A program made the position numbers and the translations under genes. A stretch of 64,000 bases of DNA from Lingula anatina (Eukaryota; Animalia; Brachiopoda), in contig CM120645.1 of assembly GCA_051362555.1 (NCBI GenBank), forward strand, positions 18,476,001 through 18,540,000, read 5' to 3'. The notes under the pieces are model-generated. The model searched no databases. It was not told the origin of the DNA and was given only the letters and a program-made list of their open reading frames with translations. This document shows, in pieces, positions 1 through 11,992 of this stretch. Within the stretch, counting starts at the first letter, position 1; every line of letters starts with the position of its first letter.

Positions 1-2213
1 TGTAGGACATCTACAGAGTTGCTGTGGTTGATTTTAATATGGTGTTTTATGGTGTGTAATGATCATATGATTAACTACCCTGACATTTAATGGGCACTTC
101 AAAAGTCCAGTTAAGTTATGGTTAATGATGCTGCTTGATCTACTGTTCTAATATGTTCACATACATATGTACCACTGTGCATGTGTAAAGGTTTATTCTG
201 GTGTAACTGTGCAGTAAAGTACTTTTACACTACAAACCTGTAAGCTGAAACCTATTCAGTTGATGAATTAAACCATTGTGTACTGAGTCTACTCCTGCAC
301 CCATTTGATATAACGGTTATAATGCATTTAAATTTAGTACCTGTTTAGCCAGTCATCCAAAAAAAAGGTGTGAATCTACATATAGCTGCCTCTGAATAGT
401 CTTATGTACAGACACATCATGTCTACAGACACATCATGTCTGTACATATAGCCATCACCTGTGTCTGCTGTCGCCATAGTCATTGCTCTCACTGTGCTTT
501 TTCAGAGATAGCACACTTCAAGGAAAACCTATATGCAGTTTGCCTCACAGCTTATTTAATGGTTATTATAATTTTCACAAACATGTATATGAGAGGTAGG
601 TGTATGGAAAAACACTGGTAAGATTTGGATTTGTTTTTAATAGCATAAGTACAACAGACACATTCTATCCAGGGATGTTTAAAGAAGTTTCAGAGTGCCA
701 GAGAGGTGACAGGAAGAAATAAGACTAAAGAAATTACTTATATAGCCAAAAAAGGCAGAACTTGGGGTGGTATATGTTTTTGTCTTCTTTGCAGGTCATC
801 TTACATGTGTAAGTATATTTAATAAATTATATACATTTTTGCATAAATAAATTACAAGTGCTTTGATGAAATAGTGGGATGGGTGTGGTATATTATACGT
901 GTATGTAAGATAACAAGCAGTGATAGGTTCCTTTATACCAGGGTGTCAAAAACAGAATGCTAATACCTTTAGGTCAGAAGTCTGATGAAGTCCCTGTACT
1001 TAATAACTCCCATTTCAAATAATGACATGTTTTTCGTGTAACCATTTCGATTTATGAAGTCTTTAGATATAATTAAGTTACTGTTCAGATCAATATGATC
1101 TGGTAAGTTACCATCGTTCTGAATATTAACCAAAGACATTCATTTTTAAGGGGCCACAATGTGCTCACCAGGTGTTATAAATATTTAATTAGGCACCTTT
1201 TTGAATCTCTGTCAAACTAACATTTCCTGGTTATTCAGATTTTAAAAATTCATTTATGTAGCAACCCGACTTACTGGTATGTTCTCAGCTTTTAAGACGG
1301 CTACACTGAAACAAAGTATTACTGATTACAAATTTAATAAAATAACTGTATAAGCAAAAATACATGTATCGGGTAAAAATATTTGCTTTTTACAACATTA
1401 GGAAGTTCTGATTAATCTGTTTTATCTTATTACGGGAACTGTGCGAACAATTTTAACAAGTCTGTGGGCCTTCCTGATTTCTTTTTGTTTCAAATGTTTA
1501 ATTTGAAGTTCACAACAACAACAACCCACCATCACTGTCGAATTCAAATGCTAGTTATGCTGACAGTTTCAAATTAATTGAGTACCAGTTGTTAATTACT
1601 TGTCCTTCACAATCCCTGTACATATAAGAAGAGATAGTCTTTGTTCAGGTACACCGCTTTGCACGACTTGGGATAAAATTTGTTTACAGAAAGAACTAAG
1701 CGCAAAGATTCTTAGGCGACGACTACAGTTGCAACAGCATTCCACATTTTAACAATCTTCTTAGCAAGTCAAGCCATACTTGATATCAATTTTTTTTTAT
1801 TTAAATAGTGCAGAAGTTGTAAATCATAGAGTTTTATAAATTGGTGAAAATTCCAGTTGCGGGAAATTGAATATATATAAAATATTGCCTCATTGAAAAG
1901 ATCAAAGAATTATCATATTGCTGCATTTGGTCAGTGTTTAATTGTCCCTTGTGGATAAAAACTAGGTGTAAGCAATTTAATCACTTGCCACATTAACTCT
2001 GAAATGGTCATGGAATAGCATGGGTCATAAATTAGGAAACTGACTCATGTAGCTATAGCTTCCTAAGTTTACACAGATTTTCTCCAAATTTCTTAAATGC
2101 ATTATTAGGTAACATAGTGTCAAAATTGACACAAAAGCACTATAAAAGGAAGACTGTTCTATTTATTCCTGTGTAACTTGCAGAGGTGCTCTGCAGAAGT
2201 GAAAGCCACTAAG

Positions 2214-2244
<31 letters not shown>

Positions 2245-2344
2245 TTTGCCTTGTATGTTTGACTTTTTTACATGATTTATGCAATTTTTGTGAAGTTTTC
2301 ATTTTTGTCAATCTGGCATTTTCATTGAGTGAATTTGAACTGTC

Positions 2345-2760
2345 ATTGGCCTGTCATTATACCTACCCTCACCTACCAGTGCCAAACATGGACTCTGACA
2401 AAAAGCCTAGAACAGAAGATAGCTGCCTGTGAAGTGAGATGCCTAAGAAAAGCAATGAACATCACGAGAAGGGATAAAATCAGGAACAGTGTGGTATGGG
2501 TAACAGTCGGGACAACACCCGTCCATCAGTATATTCAAAAACAGACTATCAAATGGTTTGGTCACCTGGCACGAATGCCCCCACATCTACCGGGGAGCAA
2601 AGCGTACATAAAGAAACACTCCGGATTCAAGGCAAGAGGAAGACTGAGGAAGAAGTGGGTAGATGGAGTACGAGAGATCTTGCAATTGAACAACATCCCA
2701 CTCAATACAACCAAGCATTCCAGCTCGCCAGAGACAGAAAACTCCAACTTTTTCTCCCCT
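2345..2760 (+). mobile_element. 5'-truncated non-LTR retrotransposon (RTE-like) remnant, ORF2 C-terminal region, in the last intron of the GPKOW-like gene
   Basis: ORF 2329..2862 contains IPTLTYQCQTWTLTKSLEQKIAACEVRCLRKAMNITRRDKIRN...IKWFGHLARM...KARGRLRKKWVDGV, matching the RTE-type post-RT pattern (LLYG.ETW...E..CLR.I..I.W.D.I.N, W.GH..RM, R.RGRP...W.D). No RT core visible. Confidence 0.8.
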
Positions 2761-3062
2761 CAACACCCTAAAGGGTACAAGAAGGATGAAAAAAAAATTG
2801 GCATGAAGCCTTATGCTACTTACATATTCCTAACATTTGTGCTACCTATTGTGCATGTTTAAAATTTGGTGTTGGCTTTGCTGTTAGGCATAGTATATTA
2901 TTGCATCAAAATTGACAAAATAAACTATTTTGTGCAGCATAATTTTCTGCTTCTTTTGTCTGTACATTTGACAGCTTTGCTGCCTTGTTTTCATCTAACA
3001 TGATTCAATTACAATTAGTTTTATTAGGTTGATCTGTTTGGGACTTTTTATTTTCTTTCCAG

Positions 3063-3203
3063 CTGGGAGAAATTATCAAAAAAGACAAATCAAAGTGCAC
3101 CACCACAGTACAGTTGCTGAGCAGCAGAGACAAGGCTGTTAAGTTACACTTTGACAGTGTGTGTGAATACCTGGGAGATGTCAATACTGAGCCAGACTTT
3201 TAG
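3063..3203 (+). CDS. GPKOW: Terminal coding exon of a G-patch and KOW motif protein (GPKOW/Spp2-like); upstream exons not found in the window
   Basis: Acceptor ttttctttccAG ends at 3062; translates LGEIIKKDKSKCTTTVQLLSSRDKAVKLHFDSVCEYLGDVNTEPDF*, resembling the GPKOW C-terminal KOW region as I recall it (VG.LL.RDR..S.A.VQL......VELHYDAICQYMG). Below the ORF-track length cut-off. Confidence 0.7.
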   Translation: MGEIIKKDKSKCTTTVQLLSSRDKAVKLHFDSVCEYLGDVNTEPDF

Positions 3204-4539
3204 CAGAGAATACTCAGTAGACATGGTACAAATGTATAAATCCCCAGCTCTGTCATATGAAAGGAAATGAACTGCAAGCTAATAAAATTTTAAATTTTAA
3301 ATTAAAGAACACTGAGAACTTATTGTCCATCAACCAAGTTGATACTGGTTTTTACTTGCACATGAACTATATCAGTTGGAAATGCCTCAGTTGCAGGACT
3401 TCAGATGACTACCTCATCTTTGTTGGATGTATGTATATTTTAACTGGTACAGTGTAATTCAGGCATTTGATCGAGAATTCTGATGTAGTTCTTTCTTTAG
3501 TGAAGGATTTAAGTTAATGATTTAATTATTTGCACAGGCTATAAACAGGTGTTAAAGTGAATGGAACCTACAAAAGGATTAATCAAAACAATTTTTTTTA
3601 GAACTGAAAAATATTAAAGAATATTAGGAAACCTATAATATTTCTTCACCTGCCTTGCAATGAAAATTGTATTTACATTAGTTAATATGTACATTAAAAT
3701 ATTTTTGTAAGCCAAAATTAGAAATCATTTTTGGTTTCTTCCTGAAAGTTGATTGAAATTTTAGTTGTTAAGTTTTGTACTAATCACTGTGTTTGTCATT
3801 TTTATATAAATCAACATTGAATTTTATGACTAACATGCTGTGCTTTACCTAATTTGAAAAATAAGGCAAGAGATTATGAGTAACCAACCTTTTAACATGT
3901 AAAATGAAAGATTCACCAGTAATTCAGTTCAAATTATGATCTAATTATGATAAACAAAACGTCAATCACAAACAATCCACAAAGGGACTTTTACGTACCG
4001 TAATTGATAGGTGTCAGTCAAAGCTGCCACTCTCGGACGGCTTGATTGGCAGTAATATAAACAAACGTCACACTTTTCAGCAAAGAGCATCAAGTTTTTT
4101 TCGCAGAAGACGGATACAAGCAGATGAAAGGGCGCTTTCCTCAGATGTATTGATATGTGTATGATATGGTTGATTTTTTTTATTCATCCTTTTCGTTGGC
4201 TGTCAGTTTGCGACTCACCTGCTCGTACTACATGTATGTGATAGGAAATGATGTACTCGTTAATACTCAACGCTTACACATAATATTATAGTATCCACCG
4301 CAGTCAGATTCACACATCGTAGTATCCGGGTCGGTCCTACTCTGCGGGGGATTCTTGCTCAAGTGCAATCAGTTGAATCAGCTTAATTTTCATTTGAAAA
4401 CTTAATGTGAAGAAAACAAAGCGACGCAAGACAATCTTAAATTATCAATAAGCAAAACGAACATGAAACTTACAAAAATTGGTAACTTTTTACAACTTTG
4501 TACTTTATATTTTTAATGCTTATGCTGGGATCGAGAAAC

Positions 4540-4591
4540 GCCCTGAATCGAACCCACGACCTTTCGATTGGGAGGAAAGCGTGCTACCGAC
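4540..4591 (-). mobile_element. tRNA-derived fragment (SINE head or tRNA pseudogene)
   Basis: Minus strand reads GTCGGTAGCACGCTTTCCTCCCAATCGAAAGGTCGTGGGTTCGATTC: D-loop-like GGTAG and B-box GGTTCGATTC; no complete acceptor stem. Confidence 0.5.
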
Positions 4592-4880
4592 TTCCTTCAG
4601 GATATTGTAACCCTATATTGTGATCCAAATACCGAAAATAATTTTTTCTGCATCTATTACTAACTATTCAATAATGCATCTATCATTGTGCTAGTTTAAA
4701 ACAATGAAAAAACCTTGAAAATATAAAACATCAGCGTTTATAGTTTTTCGTTGCAAGGTACATGTATAAGGATAGGGGACTCAAAGCTTTAATCGTCCAT
4801 TGAACACCTTTCTATTTAGAGGTGAGACAGCAATCAGTATGGGGCGTAACTTTATCCCTGTATAAGATTTTACCACGAAA

Positions 4881-5511
4881 ATGAAGGAGCAAGTGTCCTT
4901 TGCGAGTTGAGTACGGCGCACGCCCGCACGGCTAACGAACAAAGTAGAAAGTACGGTGGGAGTGGGTCGCACGTGCGTCACCTTCACGCCAGGAGTATAA
5001 AAGGAGTGCTCACGATGCACGCTCGTGTCTCAACAATAAACGTCGATTGTGCAACGTGTACAACAATTTTCTAATATGCCTCCAAAAGGCGAGAGAAAGA
5101 AGCTTAGAAAGCAGAAATGAAGGGAGGAGGAAAAAGTAAGAAGGGGAGAACAGGAGGCAAAATTGACGTACGCAGTCAGTACATCATCACAAGCGTGTGA
5201 GGCACGTGTGAAACAAAAGTGATGCAAACGGGAACTACTTTCGCTGTGCGTTGCATTCTCTTCATAAGTGGTGAGTGCGTGCCACGTACGCAGGTAGCAA
5301 GACAAAGAGTACAATTTTTACGGCCATCGCACCTTGCAATTAGCCTCCCTGCTTGGACGTCTCACGTGGCCCCTGCGACTCGCAAGGCAGACTTGCGCCT
5401 TTCCATTGCAAACTTTCCTGTGCCTCTACGATTTCCACGGATACTATTGCACCCAAAATTCGCAGGGGACGTACGATCCTAAAATTCGTGCGTCCGGTTG
5501 TGACCGAGGCT
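4881..5511 (+). mobile_element. Non-autonomous DNA transposon, PIF/Harbinger-like, copy 1 (left end missing)
   Basis: About 630 bp similar in inverted orientation to 54770..55394; ends with TIR ...CCGGTTGTGACCGAGGCT followed by TTA (TWA-type target). Confidence 0.7.
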
Positions 5512-6289
5512 TTAAAGGTTTCTTCTTGGCATTGATGCCTCTAGATACTTTTGTCCAATGTTGCAAAGGTCAAATTTAGCTTAAACAGATTTTGTCTGGA
5601 TTAGAAAGTGGAGGTTCCCATATTTTGCGTATTTTTCGGGGCATACAGAAATAGAGCTATATCTAAGTTGTAGTTCCGCAATCTTCAGCTTTTCAAATAT
5701 TAACTGTTTGACTTCTAAAATGTGAGTCATCATATTAATATAATTAATAATGATATTATAATATAATAGATCTTTTAAAATAAACGGCTTTATATTGATA
5801 TAGCGCATCGAAGGATAAGTATCGAAAGCACGATATCATAATTCAATATATAATTCGCGTGTGTGTGTATGCTAATGTGTGCACGCGTGATTTATAGTAG
5901 GCAAACGCATTACATGAAATGGTGATTATGTACAATGCGAAAGGGAGTTTACATACAATTGTGCACATGAAAATATGAAATGAAAAGAAGGCACGACCAT
6001 CACAGTGGTTGCAGAATAGATACTCGATTAGAAGTCAACACGTACAAATAATAGATACAATTTTTGGGACTAATTACCCTCTCCCAACCATCCCCTACCC
6101 CGGACAACCCCACCACCCCTTGAAAATATGATTTAATACGATTGCGTGCATTTAATCCAGGTGCATCCCCTGGAAGAGGTGGGGTAAACACGCATCCCTC
6201 TGATGAACTAATTGTAACTTTTAATCGCTTCACCACCAGTCCCAGACAGGAATAAACAACGCCTTTAAATTTTTCTGTCTCTTTTCATG

Positions 6290-6328
<39 letters not shown>
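6290..6328. repeat. (TTA)n microsatellite
   Basis: Visible ttattattatta run. Confidence 0.95.
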
Positions 6329-6330
<2 letters not shown>

Positions 6331-7254
6331 CAAACCTCCTGCTTTTCAGAGTACATAATAACAATCAAATGAAATGTAGATAAACTGATAAAATGAATTT
6401 TGCTAGATCTAAAAAATGCCATGTAATAACAAAGTTGCAATTTTAGTTTCCGTAGCAATTAATAACTCTATAGTTTTCCTCTCATGTGTGCTTTAGAGCG
6501 TAAGGTCAGAGTAAGGACATTATGTAAATATCCCAAATCTTGTAAATTGTCCATACGTCCCTCTGTATACAAAAGTTCAGTAAAATATTTAAAATATGTA
6601 AAAATGATTCAAATAGATAATTCAAATGCAAGTGTATTTTCTTTCCTTGTGTGTGTGCGCGCGGGGTAACTGTCCAGAAGGGGAATTGTCTTGTTTCTTT
6701 TGTTTTTTTACTGTCAATCTGGGCGGTGCAACGGCCTCCATTGTGTTTTCCTTGGTCGACAATATGCGTCTATTAAACGATGATAATGATGGGGACTGCA
6801 GTACAATCACGGCGCTACATGCACCATGGAATGCTTCTATCCTCCTGTCTGTCCCCTTAATTGAAATAGCTTGTCTCGACCAGCCCATCAGAAAAAAAGA
6901 GAACCTGCAGCATTCAAAGTGACCACATTTTAGACAAAAATTGTTTGAGTTACTTGTGGAAACGTGTAATAAAGTGTTCTTTGAATGCACCAATTTGCTT
7001 CTGCTAGACTTTGGTGTGGGCGCTATTTGCCATCCAACACACATTGTACAGTGTATATGGTTAAACCATAACTTTGTTGAACAGGATACTTTTGAAAAAT
7101 AAGATGATCACAAAATATTTTAGAAAGTTATTGAATTGTCGGTGTTTTTCACATTTGAAATTTGATGAGTAGCTTTTTTTAATAAAAAAGCAGGTTCACC
7201 ACTACATGATACAGTTCTTAATGATTACTATGTACGTAAATGAAACACACCAAG

Positions 7255-8668
7255 TCACCCTACGCAGTTTTTAAAATGCAAATATGAGCAGAACATTGTG
7301 AATCCATCTCCCCATTTTGAAGGGGGGATATGGACGGGTTGTGCAAAATTTGCCTCACAATATTGTGCTAATTTTGTGTTTAATTTCTTAAAATATTTTA
7401 CCTCTTGGTGGAAATCGGAATTTTGTCTACTTAGTATTTTCTCCAGTTTGGTTTTAAAATGGTTGTATAAGAAAAAATCCCCCTTGTTGAGCTGCTTATA
7501 TTTTCGGGCAACGTACGGTTCATTGTTAAGTTTGATATCTTGTATGTAATCACTGGAGAATTGTGTTCCGCTTTTCAAAATAGTGTAAACGATTTGGTAA
7601 AATTCCCAACAAAATAAACGTTTTAATAGAACAAGGCATTCATCAAAATATTCCAAAATTACCACAAAATGCAACTCTCCCTCTAACATGTTTACGTAGC
7701 TCATCATGCGTTGTGCTGAAAAATGTCCTTTAAACCCCAAATAGCGACTTAATCGGTTCCAAGTTAGGTTGGCCATATCCCAATACTTTGGATTATCGAT
7801 AAACTGGTGTAGCTGTTTCTTCCCTTTTAGACCAATTCGTCTTCCAATATGGTTATAGTTGTAATATGATTTAAAGTATGATAAAGGTTCTCTAAGAATT
7901 GCTAAGAAAACAGTGCCATTGGGAGTTAGTTTGTGATATGCCTTCAGATCGAATTTCCCATGATCGGCCATGACATCAAATACTTCGTGAGTAGAGGAAG
8001 GATATTTAAGAAGATAATTAAGATTGGGACGTGCGGGAGCAACGTTTAAATTATCCATAAATGCATTTCTTAGAATCATTCTTGACAGTGTTGAACTGCC
8101 GCACTTAGGGACTTTGATAAATACAACGTGTTGCTTTGGCTTACACGTTCTCCTTGATTTGTTCCAAGGTTTGAGGGATTTCCTTAATTTTCTAACGCAT
8201 TTTGCAATCTCTAAAGACTTCAGCGAACCATTTGTTTTGGGGCTCAAAGCAACATTCTTCTTCGCTGCAGACCCACCTGCAGATAACACAGGTTGATGCG
8301 TGCTATTAATTGTGCTGTCATGTAACAGGTATGGTGACTCCGTGACGTCACTGACACTTTGCCGAGTTTCCCAGAGGTTCTTCTCTTTCAAAGTTACCGT
8401 TACGGCTTTCTGTTCTAAAGCAACCTCCAACGTCATTGATCTAAAAAGAAAATAAAAACATTCTTGCCATAAATAAATATTGGCATCAAATCCCATATAT
8501 AATATTGGGTTTTTGCTCTTGACGTTATTTTTATCACTGTTAATGTACTTACGGTTTCGGAGGATTCCATGAATGGGCACTCATACCGGCACTGCTGAAC
8601 CAGAGAAGAAGTCCACCGGCGAGCATCGCTGTTAGAAACAGACCTAGAATACCTTTCTTCGCCATCAT
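7255..8668 (-). CDS. Galactose-3-O-sulfotransferase-like Golgi type II membrane protein; complement(join(7255..8440,8553..8668))
   Basis: Exon 1 MMAKKGILGLFLTAMLAGGLLLWFSSAG is a signal anchor ending CC|GTAAGT; 112-bp intron ending ttttctttttAG; junction in frame (CC|A = Pro). Exon 2 has the 5'-PSB motif VFIKVPKCGSSTL, 3'-PB motif ILREPLSYFKSYYNY, and LEYFDECLVLLKRLFCW, typical of the Gal3ST family. Confidence 0.9.
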
Positions 8669-9344
8669 CGCCCTGCTTTTATGTGTGCCCACATCATGTC
8701 TACAGTACTGTATTTCTTCTACAAAACGCACTTTAACGATGGCGTCGATTAGCATTGACCTGTCCAACATTTTGTTACATAAGACCTATATGCACAGGTA
8801 CTCTAATTATATTTTTATAACGATGAGATAATTCAGCCGTTATTAATTCTTAATCCCACCTTTGTCTTCTGCAATGATAGTATGTAGTACTCCAAAACCC
8901 TGCCAGCGATTTTTCTTAAAAGTCTTAGTTCAGATTCACCGTTGACAAAGCAAAATAATTTTGGGGTGACAAAAGGAAGAGCTAACTGTGTGGTTGTCGC
9001 TATGTTAAGTCCTGAGTAAATTACAAATCTAGGCTATTCTTCATAGTGGAAAAGATGCTGACTTACAAATGTTATTGAGGGCATGATTTATTGCAACTAC
9101 TAGTCTGCCTCCCGTTTTCCCATTTTTCATATCTGGTTATTATTATAAGAAGCTTCTTTTTTAAATTATGATAAAATTTTCGCACAGGTCATTGACAAAG
9201 AGCGCAATTCCTCTTTTTTAAACGTCGATTAGGCCTACTTATTTGTGGAAACATCAGAGTCACCGTATATTCAAGAAGTTGTAAAGAGCTTTTTACAACT
9301 TCCTGTCTTATTGGAAGACCTTGCTCAAGCCTGGAATGTACTTT

Positions 9345-9676
9345 AGGGCCCATTCAGAACAAACTCATCCGAGGACAAGCTGATCCACGGATCAAATATT
9401 TCCGACCTAATTGAAAGCTTGCCGCATAACCTTTCGATAAACACTGAATAGATTGCCCGCGGGGATTACGTGGTAAGAGTGCATGGAGAACAGCGGACTA
9501 ACAGATCCGCGGATTAAATATGGCGAGCCACTAAAAAAGCTTGTCGCTTAATTCCCGATTAGACACTGAATAGGTCCCCATCTAGGATTACGAAACAAGC
9601 ATTCAAGTGGGTCGGCCATATTTGATCTGCGGATCCGCTAGTCCGAGGATCAACCTTGGTTGTTAATACGGCCTTA
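9345..9676. mobile_element. Degenerate MITE-like repeat with internal inverted segments; related partial copy at about 46729..46856
   Basis: Starts GGCCCATTCAGAAC (cf. GGCCACATTCAGAAC at 46731); segment AAATATGGCGAGCCACTAAAAAAGCTTGTCG...GACACTGAATA matches the reverse complement of about 46800..46856; several GATCCGCGGAT-like palindromes. Confidence 0.55.
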
Positions 9677-9748
9677 TACTAACATAACCTGCTGTATTAC
9701 TGCTTATCGTGACCCGTACAATTATTTACAAATATAACCCATTTTCTC

Positions 9749-10362
9749 CACCCTGAGCTTCAGAGCTGACTTGACACTAACCTTTTCACTGTAGCCTATC
9801 TCCATCGTGTCAAGTAACCTCTGACGAAAATAGTTTGACCTATTTTATATAAGCCAATCGAATCCATGTTTCAAAATTTTTCACCAAAGTTTGGTGAAAA
9901 CGCTGATTGGTTGATCGTCAATCGGCAATCCTCGGCTGATTCCGCAAGCTCCATACTAACAACATAGTTATTGTCGAGTGCGGAGACATCCGAGTAGTTC
10001 CGAGTGGTTCCGAGTGCATAACCGTACACAAAGAAAGCATGGAGTATATCGGAATTGAAACCAGAGCAGTATGATGCCCTGCATCATTATCTACTGAGGG
10101 ATGATGTATTTTGCGTGCTGCCCACAGGTTACGGCAAGTCCCTGATATTCAGCCTTATCTTTGATTGGTCCGGATTTGAACAAAGCGCGCTTTGACTCGT
10201 TCGCGTTCATTGGCTAGATCGTTCAATGAGTCATTGAGTGCGGGCTTTAAATTTGATTGGCGGGCGGCGGGAGCACTCGAATCTGGTCAGAGGTTACTTG
10301 ACACGATGGAGATAGGCTACAGTGAAAAGGTTAGTGTCAAGTCAGCTCTGAAGCTCAGGGTG
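9749..10362. mobile_element. 614-bp non-autonomous DNA transposon with perfect 77-bp TIRs and 8-bp TSD, carrying a RecQ-like helicase fragment
   Basis: TIR 9749..9825 is the exact reverse complement of 10286..10362; TSD ATTTTCTC at 9741..9748 and 10363..10370; 10055..10150 translates LKPEQYDALHHYLLRDDVFCVLPTGYGKSLIF. Confidence 0.92.
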
Positions 10363-11393
10363 ATTTTCTCTCACATAGCCTCAGTAATTGCAATGAAGTA
10401 ATCATTAAGGTACTGTACACAATAATTCTTGAGACAGTTGCCGCATCTGTACATGAGTTTTATATTTCACTTCTTTACATTATCAAAACGTGTGTAATCT
10501 AAATAGTAAAGTGCGTCACATAATCGCGTGCCCACATGTTTCTCTGCCAATGTATAGTTGTGGTGATACCCAGCATCTATAATTCAGTATGCCATCGAAC
10601 ATTCGCCGTAAAATGAATGCGTCCTTGAAATGTAATATTGTGTTCTATTCCATCTCAGTTTATATTCTGAGGAAAAGGAAGCACTCGACAACAAGTGGGC
10701 CTTGGTGATGATTTTATTTTGAAAGTTACTGATATTGAATGAAAACGATTCTTTTGCAACATATTTTAGTCTGGTGTCTTAGGGCAAAAAAATGGCCAAA
10801 TCGTGACACAGCGGATAAAAGCACCAAATTTTGCGTGTGGGTATCTTTTGACATACTAAATCAAATAAGAGCCGTAGCCCACTGAAAAATTTTACCGTTT
10901 GGTCAAAAAATCCAAAATGGCCGCCAAATTGTGGAATTCTATAGAAATATATATATACCTATATTGATTTTTATCAAATAAGGTATTTTCTCAGTGTTTT
11001 CCACATAGTCTATTTGGCTCGTTCCGATACAACGTGTACGGCGTCAAATACTTGAAATTCACGGAATAAAACTTAGAAAATAATTTTGTATTGTGAAAAA
11101 TACAAATACACAAAATAACAAAACAAATGGGAGGAAATTTGTGTAATTGCTCAGAACAATATTTCTTGTTTGTCATTAAACTTCTTTATGTGTTAAATTC
11201 GGACCAAATTTGGTGAATACTGACAGTATATTATTATGAAAATTGGATAAGGTCTTACCCAAAAGTAGTGGTTAATTGTCCCTGCTTCAGGTTGACCGAA
11301 ACAGTCATGACTGATTTTTTACATTGTCACTAGTCTTTAAATAATTGAAAATAATTAAGAAAACGTATAGATCTTGCTGATGGCCTATCTTAA

Positions 11394-11684
11394 AGAGATA
11401 ATAACTCTTCGTTTTGGCCAAAAAATGAATTTTCCTGGAGTAAAGAACAATTTTCCCATACTTACCAACATTCAAAGTTAGTCTCTGGTTTTTTTCTAAA
11501 TTATTTTTAGCCATATATGGAGTATAGCCATCTATGGAGGTCACGTGGTCCGATGACAAGCTCAGATATCAGAATAACAGCTTTAACTGCCGTTTATATT
11601 AAACAGAATATATTATATTTCTATGAGTTGTTTACTATGTTTTTATTACGAAATATAGATCTCATACGAAGAGTTATTATCCCT
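11394..11684. mobile_element. TTAA-target MITE (Kolobok-like), copy 1
   Basis: TTAA|AGAGATAATAACTCTTCGT ... ACGAAGAGTTATTATCCCT|TTAA; internal sequence similar in inverted orientation to 18560..18894. TTAA target with purine termini fits Kolobok better than piggyBac (CC termini). Confidence 0.85.
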
Positions 11685-11992
11685 TTAAACTCAAGCATCA
11701 ACGATAACGCCATTTTCGCGAAGAATTCCTCACAAATAATTATCATGCATTGCTTTTAACATAATAGCCGGTTTTAATTATTGAATCGTTACAAACCTCG
11801 TGCCGACTAATGATCCTACCACCTGCTATACAGTTACAATTCGCATGCATTAATGATCGTATCGCCTTTGCTTGCGAGTTGTGAAATGCATACATAATGC
11901 GATATGAGTAAAACTCTAATTGAACGCACCACATTTTGTGAACGTTTTCCTGGGTCAGATGAATGTAATTTGCAACATATTGCCTTGGTGAT

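Noticed and set aside
795-1102. Two 14-nt micro-exon-like AG...GTAAGT segments (795..808 and 1089..1102)
   Set aside because: They do not restore any recognisable GPKOW sequence or fit the phase-0 terminal exon; such sites arise by chance in AT-rich introns.
6622-7044. Overlapping 140-aa and 98-aa ORFs
   Set aside because: No recognisable motifs or splice support; probably 3' UTR or flank of the Gal3ST-like gene.
8441-8580. N-terminal part of the 441-aa ORF (MPIHGILRNRK...)
   Set aside because: Read-through across a 112-bp intron; the signal-anchor exon is in another frame.
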